From the NCBI GenBank assembly GCA_963662465.1, contig OY759599.1:6240001-6304000 (forward strand): 64,000 nt of DNA. The letters are read 5' to 3'. This stretch comes from Desulfatiglandales bacterium (GTDB taxonomy: Bacteria > Desulfobacterota > DSM-4660 > Desulfatiglandales > Desulfatiglandaceae). The translations under genes were made by a program, and so were the position numbers. The notes under the pieces were generated by a model, which did not search any database, was not told the DNA's origin, and worked only from the letters and a program-made list of their open reading frames with translations. Positions 20,160 to 30,664 of this stretch are shown piece by piece; position 1 is the first letter of the stretch; every line of letters begins with the position of its first letter.

Positions 20160-20238
20160 CGTTCCCACGCTCCAGCGTGGGAATGCACTGTGGACGCTCA
20201 GCGCCGTTCGCACCGTTCCCACGCAGAGCGTGGGAACG
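20160..20238. repeat. REP doublet (CGTTCCCACGC..GCGTGGGAAYG x2); forms the 5' exon of intron 1
   Basis: Two palindromic hairpins at 20160-20185 and 20214-20238. Confidence 0.85.
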
Positions 20239-22141
20239 GTGCGCCTGTGAAGGCGCTTTATCAGTGCGGTGAAAGTCCGTACCGGAGTATGCCATAGCTC
20301 CGTAGCCGAAGGTAACTGCGTCGCCGCGAGGCGGGGTGGAGAGCAACCGGAGGCGAAAAGTCAGTCCGTAGGATGACGAACCCGATTCGGTGTCATGTGG
20401 TGGCGAGCCTACCGTTCCATGGTGAAGCCTGAAACTCACAGACCACGCTGTAATGGCGGTTAAAGCGATGGTTTGACGGCATGGTATGTTTGGGGTCGGA
20501 ATGACTGGAAGGTAAAGCGAGATAAGCAGGGAGACCTGTCTCTTGGGGTGACAGGAGGCAGGAGTCAGAGTCCTCATAGTACCGTAGCGACAGAACGGTC
20601 CTGCTAACAAGGCTTACGGCGTGAGACCAGTACCCGCCGCCTGCGTCGGATACCGGGTTGTGAAAAGCGCGGATAGCAAAACCGTGCCGAGGGAAGGAGG
20701 ATAGGAAGATAGATACGGAAAGGTCATATAGATGCAGCTAAATCAAGCAGTCTCGGCAGTGTTGGAAACAACTAAACGCGAGGCAGAAACCCGATGGGAT
20801 TGGGTGGAAGCATCGGTGTGGACGGAACGTATGTTGGCAGCCCTGGGTAACGGGGTGAAAGGTGGTAAATGGTACAGTTTGATGGATAAGGTGTTCGCCT
20901 TGTCGACGCTGGAAGCGGCTTGGGGACGTGTCAAAGCCAATAAAGGAGCGGCAGGGATAGACCGTATCAGCATAAAGCGCTTTAAGGAGCAGGCGGAGAA
21001 ATACCTTGCCGAACTGCATGAAACCTTGAAAGCGGGAACGTACCGACCGGAAGCGGTAAAACGGGTATACATTCCGAAAAGCGACGGCAAACAACGCCCG
21101 CTGGGGATACCCACGGTCAAAGACCGGGTAGTGCAGGCAGCGGTTAAAATGGTTATGGAGCCCATATTCGAGCATGAATTTCTGCCGATGAGTTACGGCT
21201 TCAGGCCGCAAAGAGGTTGCAAGGACGCGTTGCGAGAAGTAGACGCGCTTATTAAGGAAGGCTACACCTTCATACTGGACGCCGACCTGAAAAGTTACTT
21301 TGATACGATTCCGCACGATAAGCTGATGCAACAAGTCGAAATGCGCATCAGCGACGGCAAATTGCTCAATCTGATTCAAATGTTCCTGAAACAGGACGTG
21401 ATGGACGGCTTGGAAAGATGGACACCGACGGGTGGTTCGCCACAAGGGGCGGTAGTCAGCCCCTTGCTTGCGAATATTTACCTGCATCCTCTTGACAGCC
21501 TGATCGCGGAATCAGGTATGCGGATGGTGCGTTACGCAGACGACTTTGTTATCCTCAGCCGCAGTCAAACGGAAGCGGAGAATGCTTTGCAAAAGGTACG
21601 GGAGTGGGTACAGGCTAATGACCTGAGCTTACACCCGGACAAGACGCATCTTGGCGACTGTCGACAAAAGGGTCAGGGATTTGAATTCCTGGGATACCGG
21701 TTTGAGGCAGGAAAGCGCTGGATACGCAGTAAAAGCCGTAAAGCCCTTCGTGATAAAATCCGGGAAGAGACCCGGCGCAAACGTAGCGGAAGTATGGAAA
21801 GCATCATTGATGATCTGAACCCCATGCTTGAAGGCTGGTTTGGTTACTTCAAACACGCCTACCGCACTGAGTTTGCGGCGGTGGATAAGTTTGTCCGCCG
21901 ACGCTTACGCGCCGTATTATTGCGTCGTAACAAACGCAAGGGCTGGGGCAAAAGCCTTGAAGCCCACCGCCGCTGGCCGAATGCCTACTTCGCGAAAATC
22001 GGGCTTTTCACTATGCATGAGGCCCGGTTAGCAGCGTGCCGATCCCGATGAGGAAACTATCGACCGGAGAGCCGTGTGCGGGAGAACCGCATGCACGGTT
22101 CGGAGGGAGGGGAGAGCCAAGAGGCTCTTTCCTACCCCTAT
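20239..22141 (+). mobile_element. Group II intron, copy 1 (1903 bp)
   Basis: 5' GTGCG, domain V GAGCCGTGTGCGGGAGAACCGCATGCACGGTTC, domain VI ending CCTACCCCTAT; boundaries supported by copy 2 and its empty site. Confidence 0.95.
20732..22051 (+). CDS. ltrA: Group II intron reverse transcriptase/maturase (no endonuclease domain)
   Basis: NKGAAGID, RPLGIPTVKDR, SYGFRP, PQG, RYADD, FLG, domain X GWFGYF. Confidence 0.95.
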   Translation: MQLNQAVSAVLETTKREAETRWDWVEASVWTERMLAALGNGVKGGKWYSLMDKVFALSTLEAAWGRVKANKGAAGIDRISIKRFKEQAEKYLAELHETLKAGTYRPEAVKRVYIPKSDGKQRPLGIPTVKDRVVQAAVKMVMEPIFEHEFLPMSYGFRPQRGCKDALREVDALIKEGYTFILDADLKSYFDTIPHDKLMQQVEMRISDGKLLNLIQMFLKQDVMDGLERWTPTGGSPQGAVVSPLLANIYLHPLDSLIAESGMRMVRYADDFVILSRSQTEAENALQKVREWVQANDLSLHPDKTHLGDCRQKGQGFEFLGYRFEAGKRWIRSKSRKALRDKIREETRRKRSGSMESIIDDLNPMLEGWFGYFKHAYRTEFAAVDKFVRRRLRAVLLRRNKRKGWGKSLEAHRRWPNAYFAKIGLFTMHEARLAACRSR

Positions 22142-23203
22142 AGGGAGTGTAGTGCGTAAAAACGAGTATACTCTCCAACGGTTGTGATTTACACCCGTAC
22201 AGCTGTACCGCAAAGACGGCAGCGATGAATGGGTGTTGGCGCACGTGGAAGTGCAGGGGCAGAAAAAGAAACCGTTCCCTGAGAGGATGTACACTTATAA
22301 TTACCGAACATTTGACCTTTTTCATCGGAAAGTAGCCAGTATCGCGATTCTGGCGGATGAAAATCCTTTGTGGCGTCCGGATCATTTCAGTTATGACTTG
22401 TGGGGAAGTCGTGCCGGGCTGTGGTTTCCATGTGTGAAGCTTCTTGATTACCGTGAGAAATGGTTGGAACTGGAGGAGTCGACCAATCCCTTTGCCTCGG
22501 TTGTGATGGCGTATTTAAAGGCGGTTGAAACCAAGGGAGACAACGATCAGAGATACCGGTGGAAGCTGATTCTCATTAAAAGACTCTATCGCCAGGGATA
22601 CGCTAAAGTAGATGTGATCAGGCTGTTTGCATTTATAGATTGGGTCATGTCCCTGCCTGCGGATATGGAAAAAGGCCTTTGGACGGAAGTCCAAAAGTTT
22701 GAGGAGGAAACGAAAATGGAATATGTTACCAGCGTGGAAAGAATCGGTATGGAGAAAGGTATGGAGAAAGGCATGGAGAAAGGCAGCCTGAATCTTCTGT
22801 GCCGTCTCATTGCGAAGCGATTTAAAACCGGTTACGAATCGCTTCCGCTGATCTTCACCTTGGGTTTGCGTGCGGAAGATATCGAAGATCTTGGCGAGCG
22901 TTTCCTGGATGCCGAGAGTGTGGATGAGATTCGTCGATGGGCGGAAGAAAAACGCAGGGCGAGGATGCAGTAGTGCAGGGACTTAGCCCATGGACATCTG
23001 GGTGGCACTCTGTAAAAAACATCAACGGACGCGGAGCGTCCACCCGGTTGGGGAGGGTGGCTTCAATTCCGGTTGTAATCCTTATCCTGTTCATCCTGTA
23101 TATCCATGTTCATTTTTCCATTGGTTCAAGAAATGGATAATGATTATGTCGCTGTTCACAGGAGAAGTTCTTCTCGGCACGCAAGCGCCGGTGTTTCATT
23201 TTA

Positions 23204-23232
23204 TTGACAATTCTCTTTAAATGAGCCACAAT
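23204..23232 (+). promoter_or_regulatory. Sigma-70-type promoter directly abutting the B1 start codon (duplicated before B2)
   Basis: TTGACA-N17-CACAAT; ATG 7 nt downstream with no SD. Confidence 0.6.
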
Positions 23233-23239
23233 CGACACC

Positions 23240-24214
23240 ATGGTCGAACATGACAACAGTTACAAGCTTCTTTTTTCCCATGCGGAGATGGTCCGGGATT
23301 TGCTTCTGGGTTTTGTGAAAGAGGAGTGGGTCCGGAAACTCGATCTGGCGTCATTGGAACGGGTGAGCGGGTCCTATGTAAGCGATGATATCCGGGATCG
23401 GCACGACGATATTGTCTGGCGGGTGAAGTGGGGCCGAGAGTGGCTCTATGTGTACATCTTGATCGAGTTTCAGTCAACCATCGATAAATACATGCCACTG
23501 CGTGTCCTGGTGTATGTCGGGCTTTTATATCAGGACCTGATTCGGGAAAAGAAACTGGGACCTTCGGGCAAATTGCCGGCTGTTCTGCCGGTGGTACTGT
23601 ATAATGGGAGCCGGCGCTGGGACAAGTCCACCGAATTGTGGGACCTGATCGAGGATGTGCCTGGGGGGCTATCCCAATATCGTCCCCGGTTCACATTCTT
23701 GCTGCTGGACGAAGGCGCTTACCGGGATGAAGATCTGAAACCGCTTAAGAATCTTGTTTCGGCCCTGTTCCGTTTGGAAAACAGCCGGAACCCGGAACGG
23801 ATCAGGGAGGTGGTAACAGTGCTGTTGGATTGGCTGGCTGCGCCCGAACAGGCGAGTTTGAGACGCGCCTTTACGGTATGGTTTAATCGGGTATTTTTTC
23901 CGTCCCGAGGAAAGGAAATGATACCCCCTGAATTTGAAGAACTGACGGAGGTACGTGCCATGCTGGCTGAAACCGTTGCGGAATGGAAAGAAGAATGGAA
24001 GAGGGATGGGCTGAAAGAAGGCCTGAAGAAAGGCCTGAAGAAAGGCCGGAAGGAGGGTGAAGCGAACATTCTTTTAAAGCTTATTGAGATGAAATTTGGA
24101 CGAATAAGCCTAATAGATCGAAAAAGGGTTCAATCGGCTGACAGTGAAACTCTGTTGAGATGGGGGAAACAAATTCTCACAGCCAACAAAATGGATGAGA
24201 TATTCAGACTGTAA
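23240..24214 (+). CDS. Rpn family (YhgA/Transposase_31-like) nuclease, subfamily B copy B1; internal ORF 23960..24214
   Basis: HDNSYKLLFS, DDIVW, YILIEFQS, PVVLYNG; internal GGAGGT-N6-ATG. Confidence 0.88.
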   Translation: MVEHDNSYKLLFSHAEMVRDLLLGFVKEEWVRKLDLASLERVSGSYVSDDIRDRHDDIVWRVKWGREWLYVYILIEFQSTIDKYMPLRVLVYVGLLYQDLIREKKLGPSGKLPAVLPVVLYNGSRRWDKSTELWDLIEDVPGGLSQYRPRFTFLLLDEGAYRDEDLKPLKNLVSALFRLENSRNPERIREVVTVLLDWLAAPEQASLRRAFTVWFNRVFFPSRGKEMIPPEFEELTEVRAMLAETVAEWKEEWKRDGLKEGLKKGLKKGRKEGEANILLKLIEMKFGRISLIDRKRVQSADSETLLRWGKQILTANKMDEIFRL

Positions 24215-24655
24215 GTCTAAGGAAAATTGGGACAGGCAAATAATGCCTCTATCAGCCCGCCATGTCATGGAACGGAAGTGGGACGTCCATAAAAAGCTAA
24301 AAAAGTCGCCAGGCGTACAATGATTTCCCGCTTGCCGAGGCCGCGTATCGGTTGTTATTCGAAAATTATTGCAAAAGGGAATAGGCTCAGACCTCAATCT
24401 TCTGACAGAATCAATCCCCCTTCCAGCGGGATTAACGGGATAAAAGAAAAAAGGTTATCAGTATACTGAAAATCACGTAAATCCTGTCACAATAACCCGG
24501 TAATATTCAAAAGGGACAGGCCGATAATTTTATATTGGCGACGTGGGCCGAATTCTCCTTGATCTCCATTGCTTCCATCAATTTCCAAACATCAAAAGAA
24601 CCTTGCCCGACCTTGGGATTTCTGATATTCTGGTAGTATATTCAAACTCGAATGG

Positions 24656-25654
24656 GTGGAACAAAAAATGACCTTTGACTCTGAAACGGCTGATTACGAC
24701 AGTCCGTGGAAAAACGCTCTGGAATGCTATTTTCGTGAATGCATTGAGTTTTTTCTTCCTGATATGGCGCAGGATGTGGATTGGGAAAGGGGATGCCTTT
24801 TTTTGGACAAGGAATTTCAGCAGGTGTCCAAAAATGCGGCTGTCGGTCGCAGATATGCCGACAAACTCGTACAATTGTACCGCAAAGACGGCAGCGATGA
24901 ATGGGTGTTGGCGCACGTGGAAGTGCAGGGGCAGAAAAGGAAACCGTTCCCTGAGAGGATGTACACTTATAATTACCGAACCTTTGACCTTTTTCATCGG
25001 GAAGTAGCCAGTATCGCGATTTTGGCGGATGAAAATCCTTTGTGGCGTCCGGATCATTTCAGTTATGACTTGTGGGGAAGTCGTGCCGGGCTGTGGTTTC
25101 CATGTGTAAAGCTTCTTGATTACCGTGAGAAATGGTCGGAACTGGAGGCATCGACCAATCCCTTTGCCTCGGTTGTGATGGCGCATTTAAAGGCGGTTGA
25201 AACCAAGGGAGACAACGAACAGCGATACCGGTGGAAGCTGATCCTCATTAAAAGGCTCTACCGCCAGGGATACGCTAAAGCAGATGTGATCAGGCTCTTT
25301 GCATTTATAGATTGGGTCATGTCCCTGCCCGCGGATATGGAAAAAGGCCTTTGGACGGAAATCCAAAAGTTCGAGGAGGAAACGAAAATGGAATATGTTA
25401 CCAGCGTGGAAAGAATCGGTATGGAGAAAGGCATGGAGAAAGGCATGGAGAAAGGCATGGAGAAAGGCAGTCTGAATCTTCTGTGCCGTCAAATTGCGAA
25501 GCGGTTTAAAACCGGATACGAATCGCTTCCGCCGATCTTCACGGGTTTGCGTGCGGAAGATATCGAAGATCTTGGCGAGCGTTTCCTGGATGCCGAGAGC
25601 GTGGATGAGATTCGTCGATGGGCGGAAGAAAAACGCAGGGCGAGGATGCAGTAG
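24656..25654 (+). CDS. Rpn family nuclease, subfamily A copy A3 (full length); internal ORF 25388..25654
   Basis: DYDSPWK, FLDKEF, ADKLV, HVEVQ, ERMYTYNYR, NPFA, (GMEK)4, DUF4351-like tail. Confidence 0.88.
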   Translation: MEQKMTFDSETADYDSPWKNALECYFRECIEFFLPDMAQDVDWERGCLFLDKEFQQVSKNAAVGRRYADKLVQLYRKDGSDEWVLAHVEVQGQKRKPFPERMYTYNYRTFDLFHREVASIAILADENPLWRPDHFSYDLWGSRAGLWFPCVKLLDYREKWSELEASTNPFASVVMAHLKAVETKGDNEQRYRWKLILIKRLYRQGYAKADVIRLFAFIDWVMSLPADMEKGLWTEIQKFEEETKMEYVTSVERIGMEKGMEKGMEKGMEKGSLNLLCRQIAKRFKTGYESLPPIFTGLRAEDIEDLGERFLDAESVDEIRRWAEEKRRARMQ

Positions 25655-25754
25655 AGCTGAGGGACTCAGCCCATGGACATCTTTCCCAAAAACCTCGATT
25701 TAAGTTCACAGATTTCTTGTTTTTCATGACAGAAAACCTGGAAATAAGGTACTA

Positions 25755-25876
25755 AACAGCTTGAAGAGGAATTCCAGGTTTCGGTGGATGCTTACCTTGA
25801 TTTTTGTAAAGATCTTGGGGAGACTCCAGAAAAACTATATTCAGGGAAGATTGTGTTGCGCTTGCTGCTCAAATAG
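25755..25876 (+). pseudogene. hicB C-terminal relic (related relic at approx. 33240..33308)
   Basis: QLEEEFQVSVDAYLDFCKDLGETPEKLYSGKIVLR. Confidence 0.65.
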
Positions 25877-26175
25877 CCAACCAGAGCCTCAACGTATGGG
25901 CAGCAGAGCATTTGATCAAAAATGCCGAACAAGAACTTCAAAAGCCTTTTTGAAGAAATTGGTTTCCCTGCCTGAGTCTCCGATTTTTCTTGCACATTAA
26001 TAGTATGCCCCTACGCTAAACGCAACATGCACAAAATAGACCCTCTTCCGAGCATCTTCAGGATAAAAAAAGCCTGTATAGTGAAGTACCTTTTATCGGA
26101 ACTTATAGCCACATAAGTTCTGACAATCAGAACCTTATCCTTGACACATCGAGCCTCAGAGTGTATTGAAATTAT

Positions 26176-26481
26176 ATGCACATAATCGCCCGTAACTCAC
26201 TAATTGAATTTGGGGTAAAATATCCGGACGGCAGAACGGCTGTTGACAGGTGGTGGACCATATGCAGAAAAAATACTTTTTGTTCTTTCTCCGACCTGAA
26301 AAAGACATTCGGCACAGCCGATATGGTAAACAGATGTGTTATTTTCAACATCGGTGGCGGAAAATATAGATTGGTGGTAAGCGTCAACTTTGTGGGCCGG
26401 AGAATGTGGGTAAAGTATGTGTTACCCCATAATGAATATGAAAAACTTGATCTGAAGGAGGACTCAAAATGCCGGCCGTAG
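26176..26481 (+). CDS. higB: HigB-family toxin
   Basis: MHIIA..LKKTFGTADMV..VIFNIGGGKYRLVV..HNEYEK. Confidence 0.88.
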   Translation: MHIIARNSLIEFGVKYPDGRTAVDRWWTICRKNTFCSFSDLKKTFGTADMVNRCVIFNIGGGKYRLVVSVNFVGRRMWVKYVLPHNEYEKLDLKEDSKCRP

Positions 26482-26849
26482 ATCGGATAGACTCCAGAGA
26501 TTTATATCCACTGATGGTTATAAGAACCCAGGATGATTACAAAAAGGCACTTGGTTCCATGGAGACTGTTTTTGATGAGGAGACAGGCCCCCTGGCGGAT
26601 TATGCAGAAACACTTGCCATCCTGATTGTGCACTATGAGGAACAGAATTTTCTATTGGAGAAAAAACAGGGGGTGGAAGTCCTGAAGTTTCTTATGGAAC
26701 AGAATGGTCTCAAACAAAGGGATCTGGTGGGGACTCTTGGAGGGAAGTCGACTGTTTCGGAGATACTTAATGGGAAAAGGCCATTGAATCTCCAACACAT
26801 CAGGATCTTGGCAGATAGATTCCATGTTGTGCCTGGAACCTTTGTTTAA
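26469..26849 (+). CDS. higA: HigA-family HTH antitoxin
   Basis: LKFLMEQNGLKQRDL..VSEILNGKRPLNLQHIR; overlaps higB. Confidence 0.88.
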   Translation: MPAVDRIDSRDLYPLMVIRTQDDYKKALGSMETVFDEETGPLADYAETLAILIVHYEEQNFLLEKKQGVEVLKFLMEQNGLKQRDLVGTLGGKSTVSEILNGKRPLNLQHIRILADRFHVVPGTFV

Positions 26850-26913
26850 CACGGACACACAGGCTGACACCGACTTTTTCACCTATCGCAGCTTCTTCCA
26901 TGACGAAGAAACC

Positions 26914-27046
26914 GGCATCCTTCAAAACAGCTCAAAAGTAGTTTACACTTTTGAAAAGTGAAAGGTGAAAAGTTGACGACTCTTCACTCTTCGGCATCCG
27001 GTGCATGACTTTTCAAAAAAGTGTAAACTGCGAGATGAAGGATGCC
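26914..27046. mobile_element. 133-bp MITE-like element with nested inverted repeats
   Basis: GGCATCCTTCA / TGAAGGATGCC ends; inner AGTTTACACTTTT..AAAAGTGTAAACT; absent from the paralogous position near 34350. Confidence 0.65.
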
Positions 27047-27516
27047 CATCGACCAATCCCTTTGCCTCGGTTGTGATGGCGCATTTAAAGGCGGTTGAAA
27101 CCAAGGGAGGCAACGATCAGAGATACCGGTGGAAGCTGATCCTCATCAAAAGGCTCTACCGCCAGGGATACGCTAAAGCAGATGTGATCAGGCTGTTTGC
27201 ATTTATAGATTGGGTCATGTCCCTTCCCGCGGATATGGAAAAAGGCCTTTGGACGGAAATCCAAAAGTTCGAGGAGGAAACGAACATGGAATATGTTACC
27301 AGCGTAGAAAGAATCGGTATGGAGAAAGGCAGCCTGAATCTTCTGTGCCGTCTCATTGCGAAGCGGTTTAAAACCGCTTACGAATCGCTTCCGCCGATCT
27401 TCACGGGTTTGCGTGCGGAAGATATCGAAGATCCTGGCGAGCGTTTCCTGGATGCCGAGAGCGTGGATGAGATTCGTCGATGGGCGGAAGAGAAACGCAG
27501 GGCGAGGATGCAGTAG
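27047..27516 (+). pseudogene. Rpn subfamily A copy A4, 5'-truncated; intact internal ORF 27286..27516
   Basis: Begins at STNPFASVV immediately after the MITE end. Confidence 0.85.
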
Positions 27517-27782
27517 AGCAGAGACTCAGCCCATGGACATCTGGGTGGTGCTTTGTAAAAAACATCAACGGACGCGGAGCGGCCACTCGGTTGGGGAGGG
27601 TGGCTTCAATTCCGGTTGCAATCCTTATCCCGTTCATCCTGTATATCCATGTTCATTTTTCAATTGGTTCAAGAAATGGATAATGATCATGTCGCTGTTC
27701 ACAGGGGAAGTTCTTCCCGGCACGCAAGCGCCGGTGTTTCATTTTATTGACAATTCTCTTTAAATGAGCCACAATCGACACC

Positions 27783-28841
27783 ATGGTCGAACATGACAAC
27801 AGTTACAAGCTTCTTTTTTCCCATGCGGAGATGGTCCGGGATTTGCTTCTGGGTTTTGTGAAAGAGGAGTGGGTCCGGAAGCTCGATCTGGCGTCATTGG
27901 AACGGGTGAGCGGGTCCTATGTAAGCGATGATATCCGGGATCGGCATGACGATATTGTATGGCGGGTGAAGTGGGGTCGAGAGTGGCTCTATGTGTACAT
28001 CCTGATCGAGTTTCAGTCAACCGTCGATATATACATGCCACTGCGCGTCCTGGTGTATATCGGGCTTTTATATCAGGACCTGATCCGGGAAAAGAAACTG
28101 GGACCTTCGGGCAAATTGCCGGCTGTTCTGCCGGTGGTACTGTATAATGGGAGCCGGCGCTGGGACAAGTCCACCGAGTTGTGGGACCTGATCGAGGATG
28201 TGCCTGGGGGGCTATCCCAATATCGTCCCCGGTTTACATTCTTGCTGCTGGACGAAGGCGCTTACCGGGATGAAGATCTGAAACCGCTTAAGAATCTTGT
28301 TTCGGCCCTGTTCCGTTTGGAAAACAGCCGGGACCCGGAACGGATCAGGGAGGTGGTAACAGCGCTGTTGGATTGGCTGGCTGCGCCGGAACAGGCGAGT
28401 TTGAGACGCGCCTTTACGGTATGGTTTAATCGGGTATTTTTTCCGTCCCGAGGAAAGGAAATGATACCCCCTGAATTTGAAGAACTGACGGAGGTACGTG
28501 CCATGCTGGCTGAAACCGTTGCAGAATGGAAAGAAGAATGGAAGAGGGATGGCCGAAAGGAAGGCCTGAAAGAAGGCCGGAACGAAGGCCTGAAAGAAGG
28601 CCGGAACGAAGGCCTGAAAGAAGGCCGGAACGAAGGCCTGAAAGAAGGCCGGAACGAAGGTCGGAAGGAGGGTCGGAAGGAGGGGGAAGCAAACATTCTT
28701 TTAAAGCTTATTGAACTGAAGTTTGGACCCATAAACCTGAAAGACCGAAAACTGGTTCAATCCGCTGACAGCGAAACCCTGTTGAGATGGGGAAAACAAA
28801 TTCTCACAGCCAACAAAATGGATGAGATATTCAGACTGTAA
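27783..28841 (+). CDS. Rpn family nuclease, subfamily B copy B2; internal ORF 28503..28841 with expanded 12-bp repeat
   Basis: Near-identical to B1; (GLKEGRNE)4 expansion. Confidence 0.88.
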   Translation: MVEHDNSYKLLFSHAEMVRDLLLGFVKEEWVRKLDLASLERVSGSYVSDDIRDRHDDIVWRVKWGREWLYVYILIEFQSTVDIYMPLRVLVYIGLLYQDLIREKKLGPSGKLPAVLPVVLYNGSRRWDKSTELWDLIEDVPGGLSQYRPRFTFLLLDEGAYRDEDLKPLKNLVSALFRLENSRDPERIREVVTALLDWLAAPEQASLRRAFTVWFNRVFFPSRGKEMIPPEFEELTEVRAMLAETVAEWKEEWKRDGRKEGLKEGRNEGLKEGRNEGLKEGRNEGLKEGRNEGRKEGRKEGEANILLKLIELKFGPINLKDRKLVQSADSETLLRWGKQILTANKMDEIFRL

Positions 28842-29103
28842 GTCTAAGGAAAATTGGGACAGGCAAATAATGCATCTATCAGCCCGCCATGTCATGGAAC
28901 GGAAGTGGGATGTCCATAAAAAGCTAAGAAAGTCGCCAGGCGTACATTGATTCCCCGCTTGCCGAGGCCGCGTATCGGTTGTTATTCGAAAATTATTGCA
29001 GAAGGGAATAGGTTCAGACCTCAATCTTCTGACAGGATCAACTGGATTAACTGGATAAAAGAAAAAAGGTTATAAGTATCCTGAAAATCAAGTAAATCCT
29101 GTC

Positions 29104-30174
29104 ACATTTGACCTTTTTCATCGGAAAGTAGCCAGTATCGCGATTCTGGCGGATTAACGTGAAAAAATGTTTCGCCACCAGGAAAAACCTCGGTGCATTC
29201 GTCATAAAGAATCGTATGTATTCGGAACCCGACGAACCCATGGTTATTTTTCCCACGCGGTAGGTCAGGGTGCGGCGCGTCCCGTTTTTTCCTCTGACGC
29301 TGTTGAATCCCAAATGGGTTGAAATCCATCAAACGACCGAAAAAACTCCAACGCGCCGTTCCCTGACATTTTTGCGACCACCCCAACGTCGCCAATGGGA
29401 TTATCGGTTTATGCCGAATCAATGTCAGGTAATCCCGCGTGTGGACATGTGGGATTTTGAATGTTCATGGGGGTTGGCGTGGAAATCGAAATTTCGCGGT
29501 AAAAATGTGAACGCGGGACAACCTGACCTACTGACTATACAACTTTTCCCCTCCGGGAATGTTTTTACGTCAATCCGCGATGAACCAAAAATCCTTTGTG
29601 GCGTCCGGATCATTTCAGTTATGACTTGTGGGGAAGTCGTGCCGGGCTGTGGTTTCCATGTGTAAAGCTTCTTGATTACCGTGAGAAATGGTCGGAACTG
29701 GAGGCATCGACCAATCCCTTTGCCTCGGTTGTGATGGCGCATTTAAAGGCGGTTGAAACCAAAGGAAACAACGATCAGCGATACCGGTGGAAGCTGATCC
29801 TTATTAAAAGACTCTACCGCCAGGGATACGCTAAAGCAGATGTAATCAGGCTGTTTGCATTTATAGATTGGGTCATGTCCCTGCCTGCGGATATGGAAAA
29901 AGGCCTTTGGACGGAAATCCAAAAGTTCGAGGAGGAAACGAAAATGGAATATGTTACCAGCGTGGAAAGAATCGGTATGGAGAAAGGCAGCCTGAATCTT
30001 CTGTGCCGTCAAATTGCGAAGCGGTTTAAAACCGGTTACGAATCGCTTCCGCCGATCTTCACGGGTTTGCGTGCGGAAGATATCGAAGATCTTGGCGAGC
30101 GTTTTCTGGATGCCGAGAGCGTGGATGAGATTCGTCGATGGGCGGAAGAGAAACGCAGGGCGAGGATGCAGTAG
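29104..30174 (+). pseudogene. Rpn subfamily A copy A5, truncated and interrupted by MITE T2; intact internal ORF 29944..30174
   Basis: TFDLFHRKVASIAILAD fragment, insertion, then NPLWRPDH to the stop. Confidence 0.85.
29149..29586. mobile_element. MITE type T2 (left tip deleted)
   Basis: Homologous to 37420..37867; right end CAATCCGCGATGAACC followed by AAAAATCC. Confidence 0.75.
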
Positions 30175-30338
30175 AGCTGAGGGTCTCAACCCATGGACAT
30201 CTGGGTGGCGCTTTGTAAAAAACATCAACGGACGTGGAGCGTCCACCTGGTTGGGGAGGGTGGCTTCAATTCCGGTTGTAATCCTTATCCCGTTCATCCT
30301 GTATATCCATGTTCATTTTTCCATTGGTTCAAGAAATG

Positions 30339-30559
30339 GTATGCGTTCACGGGTTCATCGCTTTCTTCGGGATACCATTGTGTCGGAGCTGAAGGTGGAA
30401 GGTTCGTAGTGTGCCCGTAAGGGCATGGGGTGGGCATGCAACCAAACGCCTCACTGCGTCACTACGAACGTCGCAACAGGGCGCATTAACCCCCGGAAAA
30501 TCACACTTTCGCTGCCGAATAACCTTAGAAACATGGACACTGAACCAGTGAACGGTTAC
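30339..30559. mobile_element. Second copy of the GTA-ended MITE (no nested insert)
   Basis: GTATGCGTTCACGGGTTCA / TGAACCAGTGAACGGTTAC. Confidence 0.6.
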
Positions 30560-30664
30560 CTAATTTCAAATACCTCTGGCTATTCGTGTAATTCGAGGGT
30601 GGTCTTTGGCGCTCGAAGACATTCCTCTGCCAGGGTGCCGTATTTCCGGGATCTTCCTTGGCAT

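Larger units (their letters stand above)
20111..22973 (+). pseudogene. Rpn subfamily A copy A2, interrupted by REP doublet + group II intron; intact internal ORF 22716..22973
   Basis: ADYDSPWKNASECYF at 20111-20155 resumes as VQLYRKDGSDEW at 22197, with intervening codons missing. Confidence 0.8.

Noticed and set aside
20239..22141. Class IIC assignment because of insertion after a hairpin
   Set aside because: Domain V has an AGC triad and standard length, and a 6-nt EBS1 candidate is present; class left unassigned
24215..24490. Spacer repeated at approx. 20020, 24290, 28915 and 37170 as a structured ncRNA
   Set aside because: Reads as a coding relic (RQAYNDFPLAEAAYRLLFENYCK) carried along in the duplications; no covariation evidence
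19690..28690. CRISPR-like repeats (19690-19880, 25420-25470, 28550-28690)
   Set aside because: In-frame coding tandem repeats without unique spacers; no cas genes
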